From contig JAAWDI010000027.1 in NCBI GenBank assembly GCA_022793685.1, forward strand, positions 11,748-75,747: a stretch of 64,000 nt of DNA. Reading direction: 5' to 3'. The DNA comes from Oscillospiraceae bacterium (GTDB lineage Bacteria > Bacillota > Clostridia > Oscillospirales > Oscillospiraceae). Below are positions 48,431 to 57,602 of this stretch, piece by piece (within the stretch, counting starts at the first letter, position 1; each line of letters begins with the position of its first letter). A program made the position numbers and the translations under genes. A model generated the notes under the pieces. That model worked only from the letters and a program-made list of their open reading frames with translations. It had not been told where the DNA came from and made no database searches.

Positions 48431-49441
48431 TCACTTTTTCAACACAATGACCACATCTTCCAGCCTTGCCGTCCCTGTGGTGCCAATCTGCCGAATGACC
48501 AAATGGGACGCCGCATTGCCCACCAGAGCCGCGTCCCGGAGGGGCAGCCCCTTGCAGAGGGCGTACACCAGTCCGGCGTTGCAGGCGTCGCCCGCGCCCA
48601 CCACGTCGATTTCGCCCGTAACAGGAAAAGCGGGGACATGAGCGGCCTCCCGGCCGTCCCATACCACGCTGCCCCGCTCGCCCAGCGTCACCACCACCGG
48701 GCGGCCCGTCCGTTCCGCCAGTTTGGCGGCGTACTGCCCTGCTGCGGCCTCGTCCACCGTATCAGGAGATACGGCAAAGATTTTGGCAATCTCGTTGTGG
48801 TTGCACTTGATAATCATCTTGTCGAACTGGTCTATAAAGCCGCGGGAATCGGCGTAAAACACCTTCTCGGAGAATTCCTCCGCCAGCTTTGCCAGTCCCG
48901 CCCGAACGTAGGCGGTCACAGCGGCGCAGTCCTGCTCCATATACTGGTCGCAGACCAGCACCGCATCGCACTGGGGCAGCACCCGCCGCAAATTGTCCAG
49001 CAGGGCGTCCTCCAACTCACGGGAAGTGGAAGTGAAATTTTTGTAGTCATGGCGGTTCAATTCCGTCTCTCTGCCGTTTTCCCGCCGCATGGGTTTGAGG
49101 TAACAGCAAGTGCAGCGTTCCTCTGTCTCTACCATGTACTCGATGGAAGCCCCCACTTGCTGGAGGGCTTTTTTCAATTCGTATCCCGCGCCGTCCTTGC
49201 CCAGCAAACCCACGCAGAAAACCTGAGCGCCCAGCGCCCGGAGGTTATTGGTAATGGTGCCCGCCGCACCGGGCTGGCACCGCTCCCCCACAATCTGCCA
49301 CGCGGTGAGGCCGGTCTCCACTGACGGCTCATCCCGTTCAGCGTCAATATACACATAGCGGTCAAGGCAGAAGTCCCCGAATACCGCCACCACAGGCGCG
49401 TCGCCCGCCGTCAGGGCCGCAATCAAAGCCTCCCGTGCCAT
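48431..49441 (-). CDS. PfkB family carbohydrate kinase (HldE/RfaE kinase-domain-like)
   Basis: VAVFGDFCLDRYVY...GAAGTITNNLRALG (N-terminus like heptose-7-P kinases), and C-terminal VDVVGAGDACNAG (PfkB signature 2). ATG 49441. Confidence 0.8.
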   Translation of the reverse strand: MAREALIAALTAGDAPVVAVFGDFCLDRYVYIDAERDEPSVETGLTAWQIVGERCQPGAAGTITNNLRALGAQVFCVGLLGKDGAGYELKKALQQVGASIEYMVETEERCTCCYLKPMRRENGRETELNRHDYKNFTSTSRELEDALLDNLRRVLPQCDAVLVCDQYMEQDCAAVTAYVRAGLAKLAEEFSEKVFYADSRGFIDQFDKMIIKCNHNEIAKIFAVSPDTVDEAAAGQYAAKLAERTGRPVVVTLGERGSVVWDGREAAHVPAFPVTGEIDVVGAGDACNAGLVYALCKGLPLRDAALVGNAASHLVIRQIGTTGTARLEDVVIVLKK

Positions 49442-49446
49442 GTTGG

Positions 49447-50430
49447 TCAAGCCCTCTCTCTGTCGTCCAGCGCAAAGGCCAGACGCGCCAGATGGGGAAG
49501 CGTCACATTGTGCAGCCCGCAGACGTAATGGCTCACGCCGCCGTCCGCCACCGTTCGGGCGAGAATGGTCTTCCACGGCCGGAAGTAGTAGCGGGGGTCG
49601 GACTTGTCGGGCGCCTTATCATAGCCGATATTGGGCAGCTTTTGCATATCAAACACCGCCGTGGTAAAGTGGGCAATCTGCTCACCGTGCTGCTTCGCTA
49701 CGTTGCGTGCCATGGCCAGCGCCTTTAAATAGACCTCCGGCCCGGTGACGGCGCTGCCGAAGTTCAGGAATACCCCCTGCTCCAGCCTTGTGATGCTCTG
49801 GGCATAAATGAGGAAATCCCGATAGCTGGCCTCCCCCAGCGCCGCGCCGGAACAGTTGGGATGCTCGTGAATGATGTCGTTGCCGACGCCGATGTGGACG
49901 GTGCATGGCACATGGAGATGGTACCCCTGCGCCAGCACGCTTTGCTCACGTCCGGGGAGGTTTTCCTCCCAGATGTAGCGGCCAATGGCCTCGCCCGCGC
50001 CGAGGCCGTCCTCCACGCCCTCCCGCAGGATGTCGTTGAGGATGCCGCTCTCATGCCACAGGCCGAACTGACCCTCGCTCACATAGCAGGCCACCGACTC
50101 GCAGGTCTCGCCAATGCGGGCAAACTCATAGTCGTGGATGCCGCCCGCGCCGTTGGTGGCGAAGTGGGTCACAAGTCCACGGCGCATCAGCTCAATCATA
50201 TGTTCCCCGCAGCCGGTACGGATAACATGAGCGCCGTACATCAGCAGGGTGGTCGCCCCCGCCCGTTTGGCGCGCAGCATATCTCGCGCCAGCTCCGGCA
50301 GGGCGGGGTCGTCAAAGGGGGGCAGAGGCGCGTCAAGGCCCACCGCCACTTTTTCATATTGTACGTCGTGTATCCGCTCACAAAGCGGTTTGATGCTCAA
50401 CTGGGAACGGTCAAATTGCGGAAAGGGCAT
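49447..50430 (-). CDS. Deoxyhypusine-synthase-like (DHS-like NAD-binding fold) protein, function unknown
   Basis: TLLMYGAHVIRTGCGEHMIELMRRGLVTHFATNGAGGIHDYE parallels the DHS motif FLGYTSNLISSGIRE..L......VDVLVTTAGGVEEDLIK, and later segments also line up. The assignment was made by eye only. Confidence 0.5.
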   Translation of the reverse strand: MPFPQFDRSQLSIKPLCERIHDVQYEKVAVGLDAPLPPFDDPALPELARDMLRAKRAGATTLLMYGAHVIRTGCGEHMIELMRRGLVTHFATNGAGGIHDYEFARIGETCESVACYVSEGQFGLWHESGILNDILREGVEDGLGAGEAIGRYIWEENLPGREQSVLAQGYHLHVPCTVHIGVGNDIIHEHPNCSGAALGEASYRDFLIYAQSITRLEQGVFLNFGSAVTGPEVYLKALAMARNVAKQHGEQIAHFTTAVFDMQKLPNIGYDKAPDKSDPRYYFRPWKTILARTVADGGVSHYVCGLHNVTLPHLARLAFALDDRERA

Positions 50431-50433
50431 TTC

Positions 50434-51822
50434 TCACACCTCCCGCAACAGATAGGCCATCAGGCGCTTTGGGTTGGAAAAATCGGGGATGACACAATCG
50501 GCCCCCGCCTTCAGCAGGCGCTCTCGCTTCCACCGCTCCACAGAAGTGTCCGCCTTGGCCTCGTTTGTGGCCACTGCCACGGCATAGCCGCCCACCGCTT
50601 TGGTCAGCTCTATCTCCACAAAGCCATCCCCGAAGGAGAGAAGCTCTGCCCCTTGCAGTCCCTTTTCCTTCAGCAGGGCGCGGATGACCTGCTCCTTGGA
50701 GCAAGCGGTGCTGTTTTGGTCGGTGGCGCCGTGGATGCCCGCGAAATACTGGGCAACCCCCAGCAGCTTGGCCTCCGCCACCACATCCGCCTCATCGGTG
50801 CCGCTGGTGAGATGGCACTCCACCCCTCTCGCATTGAGCGCTTGCAGCAATTCCCGCACACCATGCACCAGATAGGGCGCGGGGTCTGCGCCCTCCTTCA
50901 GGGCGGCGTGCCGTTGGGCAATACGCTCCATCAGCCGGCGGAGGTATTCCGTTTTATAGTGAAGCGGCTCCTGCGGCGTGCCGCCGAGTCGGGTCACCTC
51001 CTCCGCAAGGCGGATGCACTGAAAAATGGTCTGCTTGCCCGTCAGGGTATCCACAAAATCGCGCACCAGCGCATAAGTCTCATCCTTCCCCGGCGCATTG
51101 GGGCATTTGAGCAATTCCTCTGTGAAATAGCCATACATAATGGGCTGCCAGCCCTCCCGCAGCAGGCTCACCGTGCCGTCAAAGTCAAAGATGGCATGGC
51201 GGAACCCGCCTGCGGGATAGCGTACCGTCTCCACGTCCCATGTGGTGGAGAGCACTTTTTTCAGATAGCACACCAGCGCGTGGTTATAAATCATGTGCAA
51301 ATCCTCAAGCTGCTCCATGCTCTCCGTGGGAGCGATGAGGCACAGGTCGCACAGCGGCTTCATCTTGCCGCCGTCCCGGCCGCCGAAGCCGATAACGGTC
51401 AGCCCCATCTCCTTCGCCGTTTCGCAGGCGGCGACGATATTGGGGGAATTCCCGCTGCCGCTGAACACAATGAGCACGTCCCTAGGCCGCGCTTGGGTGC
51501 GCAGCATGATTTTGTAAACATCGGCATAGCAGAAATCGTTGGCCAGACAGGTGACAATGGCGTTGGGGTCGTTCAGGCAGTGAACGCGAAAGCCTTCCCG
51601 CCCGTCCACCCGGCAGCCCTTGGTCAAGTCGTTGGCCATATGGCTGGCAGTGGCGGCGCTACCGCCGTTGCCTGCGGTGAAGATAGTCGCCCCCGTTTTC
51701 TTGGTGGATGCAATCACGTTCCCGATGCGCTCCAGAAGGGCAAAATCCGTCTTCATCAGCGCCTCGCACGCCTCTTGCGAATAGGCCCGCGTATCGGCGG
51801 GCGCTTGGTAACATTCTGCCAT
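50434..51822 (-). CDS. SIS domain (GmhA/DiaA-like sugar isomerase) fused to HAD-superfamily hydrolase
   Basis: The N-terminal half has IFTAGNGGSAATASHMANDL...VFSGSGNSPNIV. The C-terminal half has the HAD motifs AIFDFDGTVS, LTSGTDE and SFGDGFVE with a large cap. ATG 51822 follows ggagagggagg; the track ORF 52446 start is rejected. Confidence 0.8.
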   Translation of the reverse strand: MAECYQAPADTRAYSQEACEALMKTDFALLERIGNVIASTKKTGATIFTAGNGGSAATASHMANDLTKGCRVDGREGFRVHCLNDPNAIVTCLANDFCYADVYKIMLRTQARPRDVLIVFSGSGNSPNIVAACETAKEMGLTVIGFGGRDGGKMKPLCDLCLIAPTESMEQLEDLHMIYNHALVCYLKKVLSTTWDVETVRYPAGGFRHAIFDFDGTVSLLREGWQPIMYGYFTEELLKCPNAPGKDETYALVRDFVDTLTGKQTIFQCIRLAEEVTRLGGTPQEPLHYKTEYLRRLMERIAQRHAALKEGADPAPYLVHGVRELLQALNARGVECHLTSGTDEADVVAEAKLLGVAQYFAGIHGATDQNSTACSKEQVIRALLKEKGLQGAELLSFGDGFVEIELTKAVGGYAVAVATNEAKADTSVERWKRERLLKAGADCVIPDFSNPKRLMAYLLREV

Positions 51823-51850
51823 AAGAAGCCTCCCTCTCCGCCTTGGCAAA

Positions 51851-51879
51851 TTGACACCTTTGGCGGGGTATGTTAAGAT
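51851..51879 (+). promoter_or_regulatory. Candidate promoter of the ROK gene (divergent region)
   Basis: TTGACA, 17 nt spacer, TAAGAT. Confidence 0.5.
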
Positions 51880-51921
51880 GATTTTAACGACTATTTTTCC
51901 ATGTGGGAAGGGGTTTTCGCC

Positions 51922-52863
51922 ATGTACATCGGGGCCATCGACATCGGCGGCACCAAAACCATCGCCGCCGTCACCGACGAGACCGGCGCCCTGCTGGCCC
52001 GCCGCAAATTCGAGACCATACGTTACGACCACGCCGCCCATTTCGCCCTCTGCCGCAATGAACTTCTTGCCTGTCTGGACGAACTGGGGCTTTCCCTTTC
52101 CCAGTTGGCGGGGGTCGGCGTGGTGGTACCCGGCATGGTAGACGGCAACGTGCTTTTGCTGGCTCCCTTCGCCGGATGGCGCAATGTAAATGTGGTGGAG
52201 GAATTTTCCGTCCTGCTCCCCGATGCGCCCATGGTGGTCACCGAAGGCGACGTAAACGCCTGCGGCGTGGCGGAGGCCTATTTCGGCGGCTTCACCGACC
52301 TGTTGTGGATGACGGTGAGCACCGGCGTGGGGAGCGCCATTATTCTGAACGGTCAGCTTTACACCGGAGCCCACAGCGTGGCCGGTGAGATTGGCCACAT
52401 CAAGGTGGAGTTTGAGCATCCGCGGGTGTGCTCCTGCGGACAGCACGGCTGCGCGGAGGCCATGGCCTCCGGCAGGGGCATTGCCGCCATGGTGGAAGAA
52501 GCTGTCAAAACGGACGACGCTTACGCCGCGCTGTACGAGACCGCCGGCCTCCCCATGGACGCCCGTGGCTGCGAAGCCCTCGCCCGCAAAGGAGACTCCA
52601 CTTCACGCGCCATCTATGAGCGGGCCGGAATGTATTTGGGCAGGGCCTTGAGCGCCGCCCTTAACCTGTTAGACCCCCAGCGGGTATTTGTGGGCGGCGG
52701 TGTGGCTGCGGCGCTGGACTTGATACTCCCCGCCATCCGCGCCACCCTGCGGGAAAGCTGCGTTCCCTTTGTTCAGGACACCCTCATCGAGCGCACACGG
52801 CTGGGCTATGACGCATCGGTCAAGGGCGCGGCGGCGTTGGTTTTGAAACAGCTCTCCCCTTAA
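51922..52863 (+). CDS. ROK family sugar kinase
   Basis: MYIGAIDIGGTK..., DVNACGVAE, GVGSAIILNGQLYTG..AGEIGH, and zinc motif CSCGQHGCAE. No N-terminal HTH, so a kinase rather than a repressor. Confidence 0.85.
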   Translation: MYIGAIDIGGTKTIAAVTDETGALLARRKFETIRYDHAAHFALCRNELLACLDELGLSLSQLAGVGVVVPGMVDGNVLLLAPFAGWRNVNVVEEFSVLLPDAPMVVTEGDVNACGVAEAYFGGFTDLLWMTVSTGVGSAIILNGQLYTGAHSVAGEIGHIKVEFEHPRVCSCGQHGCAEAMASGRGIAAMVEEAVKTDDAYAALYETAGLPMDARGCEALARKGDSTSRAIYERAGMYLGRALSAALNLLDPQRVFVGGGVAAALDLILPAIRATLRESCVPFVQDTLIERTRLGYDASVKGAAALVLKQLSP

Positions 52864-52945
52864 TGCAAACCACCGTATCAGTTTGAGCAAATTATACCAC
52901 GCTTCCCTGTAAAAAGGAAGAGCAGGAACGCCTGAAAAGTGCAGA

Positions 52946-52984
52946 AAAACAAGGCTGCGGAACGATGTTCCACAGCCTTGTTTT
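52946..52984. terminator. Bidirectional terminator between ROK gene and phoR
   Basis: Hairpin aaaacaaggctg-cggaacgatgttcca-cagccttgtttt. Confidence 0.6.
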
Positions 52985-52985
52985 C

Positions 52986-54653
52986 TTATTCCGCCGGAAA
53001 GGTCACCGTCACCGTTGTCCCTTCCCCTTCCGCACTCTGGAGGGACACCGCCGCACCGTGGCACTGGGCAGCGTGTTTGACGATGGATAGTCCCAGTCCG
53101 GTGCCGCCGCTGCCCTTGCTGCGCCCGGCGTCCACCCGGTAGAAGCGCTCAAACACCCGCTCCCGGTCATTCTCCGGAATGCCGACGCCCGTATCCGCCA
53201 CCGTCACTTCTGTTCTTCCGCCGCGTTCGTCTACCGTCACGGTAACTTTCCCGCCGGGACGGTTATAACGCACTGCGTTTTCGCAGAGGTTATAGAGCAG
53301 CTCGTCCAGCAGGGCAGGCACGCCCTGCACCGTTCGCCGCTTCCCTGTCACCGTAACCGTCACCTGACGTTCGGCCGCACTGTCCCCCAGACGCTCTGCC
53401 ACCCTTTCGGCAAGCGCCAGCAGCTCCACCGGCTCTTTTTCCAGCTCCGCTGCACCCTCGTCCAGTTGTGACAGCTTAATAATATCCTGCACCAATGCAA
53501 TCAACCGGTTGGCTTCCTGGTAAATTCGTTCAGCAAAACGGGGAACGTCCTCCTGCTTCACCATACCGTTGCACAGCAATTCCGCATAACCGGATATGGA
53601 GGTCAGCGGCGTTTTCAGCTCGTGGGACACATTGGCGGAGAATTCCCGCCGCAGCCGCTCCGCTGAATGGCCTTCGGTAATATCAACAAGCAGAAGAATG
53701 CACCCGCCTTCTCCGCCGCCCTCCTCCACCGGACTTGCCATTAAGCGGTAGGTGCGCCCTTCCTTCTCTATTTCTGTACTGCCGCTTTGACCTGCCAAGG
53801 CCCGCTCTGCTACCTCTAAAAACTCTCTGGTGCGGCAATAGGCGAAAATGCTGTGCCCGGTGACACTCTCCGCACCGGCGCCAAGAATTTCCCGGGCGCT
53901 GCGGTTCATGGACAGCACCTTTGCCCCGGCGGAGAGCACCACCAACCCTTCCCGCATGTTGGCGGTGATGGCGGCCAGCTCCTCCTGCTGACGGTGAAGC
54001 GCTTCCATCTGGTTTTTTATCTGCCCGTTCTGCGCCGCCATGCGGCCGAGCAGAGGGGACAGCTCGTCGTAAGCGCCCAGATTGGCCGCAGGCTCCTCCA
54101 AGTCCAACGCATTGATGGGCTGCACAATCCGCTGTGCCTGTCGTCCTGCCAGCACCGCCGCCGTCAGGACCGCCGCAAGGACAATGAGCACCAGCAGGGG
54201 AACGCCGCCCAGCAGGATGGCATATACGCTTCCTATGGTATTGCTCACCCGCAAAACCGTACCGTCGGACAGGCGCACGGCATAGTAATAGGTCTGTTCC
54301 CCCAAGGTGCCGGACAAGCGGGCGCTTTCACCGACTCCGCCAGATAAGGCCGCGCGCACCTCCGCCCGTCCGGCATGGTTCTCGAATTGTCCTGCCGCGC
54401 CCTCGCTGTCATAGAGCACGCTGCCGTCCGCGGCGATATGGGTAAGCCGCGCATCCGTCACCGGTGCAAGGCGCTCCATCCAGCCGGAACCGCTGTCCTC
54501 GACCACAGCAATGATATATCCCGCCTCCTTGCGGGTATCCTGCTTCATCTGCTCATACAGGCGCTGATAGCAGGCCAGCGAGAACAGCACCGCCGACAGA
54601 AGAACCGCCAGCAGGGCGGTGCCGCACATACCGCCGAAAATACGCCTCCTCAC
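52986..54653 (-). CDS. phoR: Sensor histidine kinase (PhoR-like)
   Basis: Two TM helices, a PAS-like region, the H-box FSANVSHELKTPLTSISGYAELL, the N/G boxes NLCENAVRYN and DTGVGI...GGTGLGLSIVKH. The gene lies at the end of the pst-phoU operon. Confidence 0.8.
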   Translation of the reverse strand: MRRRIFGGMCGTALLAVLLSAVLFSLACYQRLYEQMKQDTRKEAGYIIAVVEDSGSGWMERLAPVTDARLTHIAADGSVLYDSEGAAGQFENHAGRAEVRAALSGGVGESARLSGTLGEQTYYYAVRLSDGTVLRVSNTIGSVYAILLGGVPLLVLIVLAAVLTAAVLAGRQAQRIVQPINALDLEEPAANLGAYDELSPLLGRMAAQNGQIKNQMEALHRQQEELAAITANMREGLVVLSAGAKVLSMNRSAREILGAGAESVTGHSIFAYCRTREFLEVAERALAGQSGSTEIEKEGRTYRLMASPVEEGGGEGGCILLLVDITEGHSAERLRREFSANVSHELKTPLTSISGYAELLCNGMVKQEDVPRFAERIYQEANRLIALVQDIIKLSQLDEGAAELEKEPVELLALAERVAERLGDSAAERQVTVTVTGKRRTVQGVPALLDELLYNLCENAVRYNRPGGKVTVTVDERGGRTEVTVADTGVGIPENDRERVFERFYRVDAGRSKGSGGTGLGLSIVKHAAQCHGAAVSLQSAEGEGTTVTVTFPAE

Positions 54654-55330
54654 GTCTTTTCCTCCATGCGGTAGCCAACGCCGCGCACTGTCTCAATCGC
54701 ATCGCCGGCCTGTCCCAATTTCTGCCGCAACGTGCTCACCTGCACGTCCACTGTGCGGGTCTCTCCGGCAAAGTCAGCACCCCACACCTCCGCCATCAGA
54801 CGGTCACGGGTCAGCACAACGCCGGGATTTTTCAAGAAAAGATATAACAGGTCAAATTCCTTTCGGGTGAGGGTCTTCTCCTCCCCCGCAACGGTTGCCC
54901 TGCGGGATGCGGGGTCCAACTCAATCAAGCCGCAGCGCAATACACCGGCTGCCGCTCCCTGCCGCCGCGCCGTCCGGCGCAGCAGGGCTTTGACCCGTGA
55001 CAACAGTTCCATCATCCCAAAGGGCTTGGATAAGTAATCGTCCGCACCGGCGTCCAGCCCCAGCACCTTGTCGTATTCCGCGCCCCGTGCCGTGAGCATC
55101 ATAATCGGGACCTCTTCCGTCCCCCGGTTCGCCCGAAGCTTTTTCAGGAGGGTAAAGCCGTCGTCGCCGGGCAGCATAATGTCCAACAAAATCAACGCCG
55201 CCGGACGGCGGCCAAGGGCTTCAAACAATTCCTCCCCCCGCTCGAAGCCCTCCGCCTCAAATCCGGCGGAACGCAGGGTGTACAGCACCAATTCGCGGAT
55301 GCTTTCGTCGTCCTCTACCATGTAAATCAT
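54650..55330 (-). CDS. phoP: OmpR/PhoB-family response regulator
   Basis: MIYMVEDDESIRE...LILLDIMLPGDDG (receiver domain), and a winged helix with LTRKEFDLLYLF...TVDVQVSTLRQKL...IETVRGVGYR. ATG 55330 lies 6 nt after gaggtg. Confidence 0.85.
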   Translation of the reverse strand: MIYMVEDDESIRELVLYTLRSAGFEAEGFERGEELFEALGRRPAALILLDIMLPGDDGFTLLKKLRANRGTEEVPIMMLTARGAEYDKVLGLDAGADDYLSKPFGMMELLSRVKALLRRTARRQGAAAGVLRCGLIELDPASRRATVAGEEKTLTRKEFDLLYLFLKNPGVVLTRDRLMAEVWGADFAGETRTVDVQVSTLRQKLGQAGDAIETVRGVGYRMEEKT

Positions 55331-55354
55331 GGGCGTCACCTCACAGTGGCTGCT

Positions 55355-55377
55355 TATGCGCCTCCGCGCACGCTTCT
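55355..55377. repeat. 23-bp direct repeat, copy 1
   Basis: TATGCGCCTCCGCGCACGCTTCT is identical to 55493-55515. It contains the small hairpin TGCGC-GGAG-GCGCA on the minus strand. Confidence 0.9.
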
Positions 55378-55492
55378 CCTTGTCACGCGCGCGCTGGGCG
55401 CATCATACGCCGCGGCTTCCCTCCGTCTCGGGCTCAAAACAGGCCGCCTTCCAGCCTTCGGTTTTTCGCCCTCGCTCCGGTCCACCCGCGCC

Positions 55493-55515
55493 TATGCGCC
55501 TCCGCGCACGCTTCT
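55493..55515. repeat. 23-bp direct repeat, copy 2
   Basis: TATGCGCCTCCGCGCACGCTTCT overlaps the stop codon of the HD-domain gene. Confidence 0.9.
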
Positions 55516-56176
55516 ATATAAGCTGCTGCTCATTGATAATCAGCTTGAATTGCAAGCCCAGCTTTTCCGCCGCCTTGCGGCACATAATCATACGGTTCAT
55601 AAATATCTCAAAGTAGTCCATCACGGAACCGTAACGGCTCTCCACCGTCAGCTTCAGCTTGATGATGGTGCGCTCCTCATTGATTTTCACGATGGACTTC
55701 TTCACCGAATAATTCACTCGGTCATGAATGTCGAAATTTTCCGGGTCCTGCTGGCGTACCCGACTGCGGCGCACGTCGGTCTTGTCCGCCAGAATGAGGG
55801 CCGCCGCCACCGGATTTACCGCCATGCCCGTACCTTCGTCATGGTTTCCAATGGCGGTCACGATGGCCGCCACCTCTGCCGGCGGCATCTCCAGCTCCCG
55901 CAGGATGCGGAAGGCCATCACCGCGCCCGACTGGGAGTGGTCAACCCGATTGACCAGGTTTCCAATATCGTGGAGATACCCGGCGATGCCCGCAAGCTCC
56001 ACCGTGCGCTCCGGATAACCCAGCGTGCGCAGGATATACATGGCAGTCTCCGCCACTCTTGTCACATGGGCAAAGCTGTGCTCGGTGTAGCCCAGCGCCA
56101 CCAGCGACTCGTCCGCCTGCGTGATATAGGTGTTGACCTCGTCATTTTTCCGAATCGTCTCGTAAGTCAGTTCCAT
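55514..56176 (-). CDS. HD domain-containing phosphohydrolase
   Basis: HSFAHVTRVAE...GYLHDIGN...NHDEGTG...LILADKTD is an HD-superfamily metal-ligand pattern. ATG 56176 follows ggacaggagga and overlaps the phoU end. Confidence 0.8.
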   Translation of the reverse strand: MELTYETIRKNDEVNTYITQADESLVALGYTEHSFAHVTRVAETAMYILRTLGYPERTVELAGIAGYLHDIGNLVNRVDHSQSGAVMAFRILRELEMPPAEVAAIVTAIGNHDEGTGMAVNPVAAALILADKTDVRRSRVRQQDPENFDIHDRVNYSVKKSIVKINEERTIIKLKLTVESRYGSVMDYFEIFMNRMIMCRKAAEKLGLQFKLIINEQQLI

Positions 56177-56834
56177 CTCCGTCCTCCTGTCCAAACCCAT
56201 GGCGGCCTGTGATGGAAAAAGCCACCCATTCCGCAATATTCGTGGCATGGTCTCCAATGCGCTCAAAATATTTAGCCACCATCAGAAAGTCGATGGCCTC
56301 CTCGCCGCAACCGCTGTCCCGCCGGATGTCCTCAATCAAATTTGCCCTGCTCTGGCAGAACAAATCGTCCACCACATCGTCATACTCCACCACCCGCTTG
56401 GCCAGCGCCAAATCCTGCTGCACAAAAGCGTCCACGCTGCCCGTCACCATCTTGGCCGTGGCCTTTGCCATCTCGCCCAGATGCTCCAGCCGCTCTGTAT
56501 AACCGGTTCCAATCAGCTGAAGGACGATTTCAGAAATGTCGGTGGTCTGGTCTCCGATGCGCTCCATGTCGGTAATCATTTTCAGTGCCGCGGAAATCTG
56601 CCGCAGGTCGCGTGCCACCGGCTGCTGCCGCAACAAAAGCCGCAGGCAGTCGTCCTCTATCTCACGCTCCATGCGGTCTATCTCGGCGTCGATGGCGATG
56701 GCCTCTCTGGCCTTTTCGCCGTCTCCCGTCATCAAGCCCGCAATGGCGGCGGTAATGCCCTGCTCGCACAAAGCGCCCATTTTGGTCAGCTCTTCCTTCA
56801 GCTTGTCGAGCTGCTGGTCAAAGGTCGTCCGCAT
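56142..56834 (-). CDS. phoU: Phosphate signalling complex protein PhoU
   Basis: Duplicated PhoU repeats are present, with ARDLRQISAALKMITDMERIGDQ and the second repeat FLMVAKYFERIGDHATNIAE. Confidence 0.9.
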   Translation of the reverse strand: MRTTFDQQLDKLKEELTKMGALCEQGITAAIAGLMTGDGEKAREAIAIDAEIDRMEREIEDDCLRLLLRQQPVARDLRQISAALKMITDMERIGDQTTDISEIVLQLIGTGYTERLEHLGEMAKATAKMVTGSVDAFVQQDLALAKRVVEYDDVVDDLFCQSRANLIEDIRRDSGCGEEAIDFLMVAKYFERIGDHATNIAEWVAFSITGRHGFGQEDGDGTDLRDDSEK

Positions 56835-57592
56835 CAGCCAAACCTCCCTGTGATGTAGTCCTCCGTACGCTTGTCGCGGGGCATGGAGAATATTGCCTCC
56901 GTTTCACCAAACTCCACCAGTTCGCCCAGCAGAAAAAAAGCCGTCTGGTCAGAGATGCGGGCCGCCTGCTGCATATTATGCGTCACCATAATAATAGTAT
57001 AATCTTTTTTCAGTTCCGTGACAAGCTCCTCAATTTTTGAGGTTGAGATAGGGTCGAGGGCAGAGGTCGCTTCATCCATCAGCAGCACATCCGGCTTTAC
57101 CGCCAGCGCCCGCGCGATGCAAAGCCGCTGCTGCTGCCCGCCGGACAGTCCCAGCGCTGGGGCTTTTAAGCGGTCTTTCACCTCATCCCAGATTGCCGCT
57201 TTTTGGAGGGATTCCTCCACGATGGCGTCAAGCTGAACCCTGCTGCGAATCCCGTGGGTGCGTGGGCCGTAGGCCACATTGTCATAGATGGACATGGGAA
57301 AGGGGTTGGGCCGCTGAAAAACCATGCCAATCTGGCGGCGCAGCTCGGTCACATCCGTTCCGGCAGCATAGACGTTTTCGCCCCGGTAGTGCAGTTCGCC
57401 CTCTACCCGCACACCAGGCACTAGGTCGTTCATCCGGTCGATGGTGCGCAGGAAGGTGGATTTCCCGCAACCGGAGGGACCAATCAGGGAGGTGATGCCC
57501 CGTTCCGGAACGGCCATGCAGACCGCTTTGAGGGCCTGATGCGCTCCATAGAAAAGGCTCAGTTTTTTTGTCTCAATGACAGGATTGTTCAT
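56834..57592 (-). CDS. pstB: Phosphate ABC transporter ATP-binding protein
   Basis: [38 protein letters not shown], and C-terminal DYITGRFG. Confidence 0.95.
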   Translation of the reverse strand: MNNPVIETKKLSLFYGAHQALKAVCMAVPERGITSLIGPSGCGKSTFLRTIDRMNDLVPGVRVEGELHYRGENVYAAGTDVTELRRQIGMVFQRPNPFPMSIYDNVAYGPRTHGIRSRVQLDAIVEESLQKAAIWDEVKDRLKAPALGLSGGQQQRLCIARALAVKPDVLLMDEATSALDPISTSKIEELVTELKKDYTIIMVTHNMQQAARISDQTAFFLLGELVEFGETEAIFSMPRDKRTEDYITGRFG

Positions 57593-57602
57593 GCCCTGCC
57601 TC

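Noticed and set aside
49861-51876. 671-aa plus-strand ORF, and the long 670-aa version (50434..52446) of the SIS-HAD gene
   Set aside because: The plus ORF is antisense to the DHS-like and SIS-HAD genes. The N-terminal 207 aa of the long minus ORF are antisense to the ROK kinase and precede a very strong SD and ATG at 51822.
55355-55515. Possible CRISPR array or tandem repeat
   Set aside because: There are only two repeat copies and no cas genes. The spacer is 115 bp, too long for a CRISPR array.
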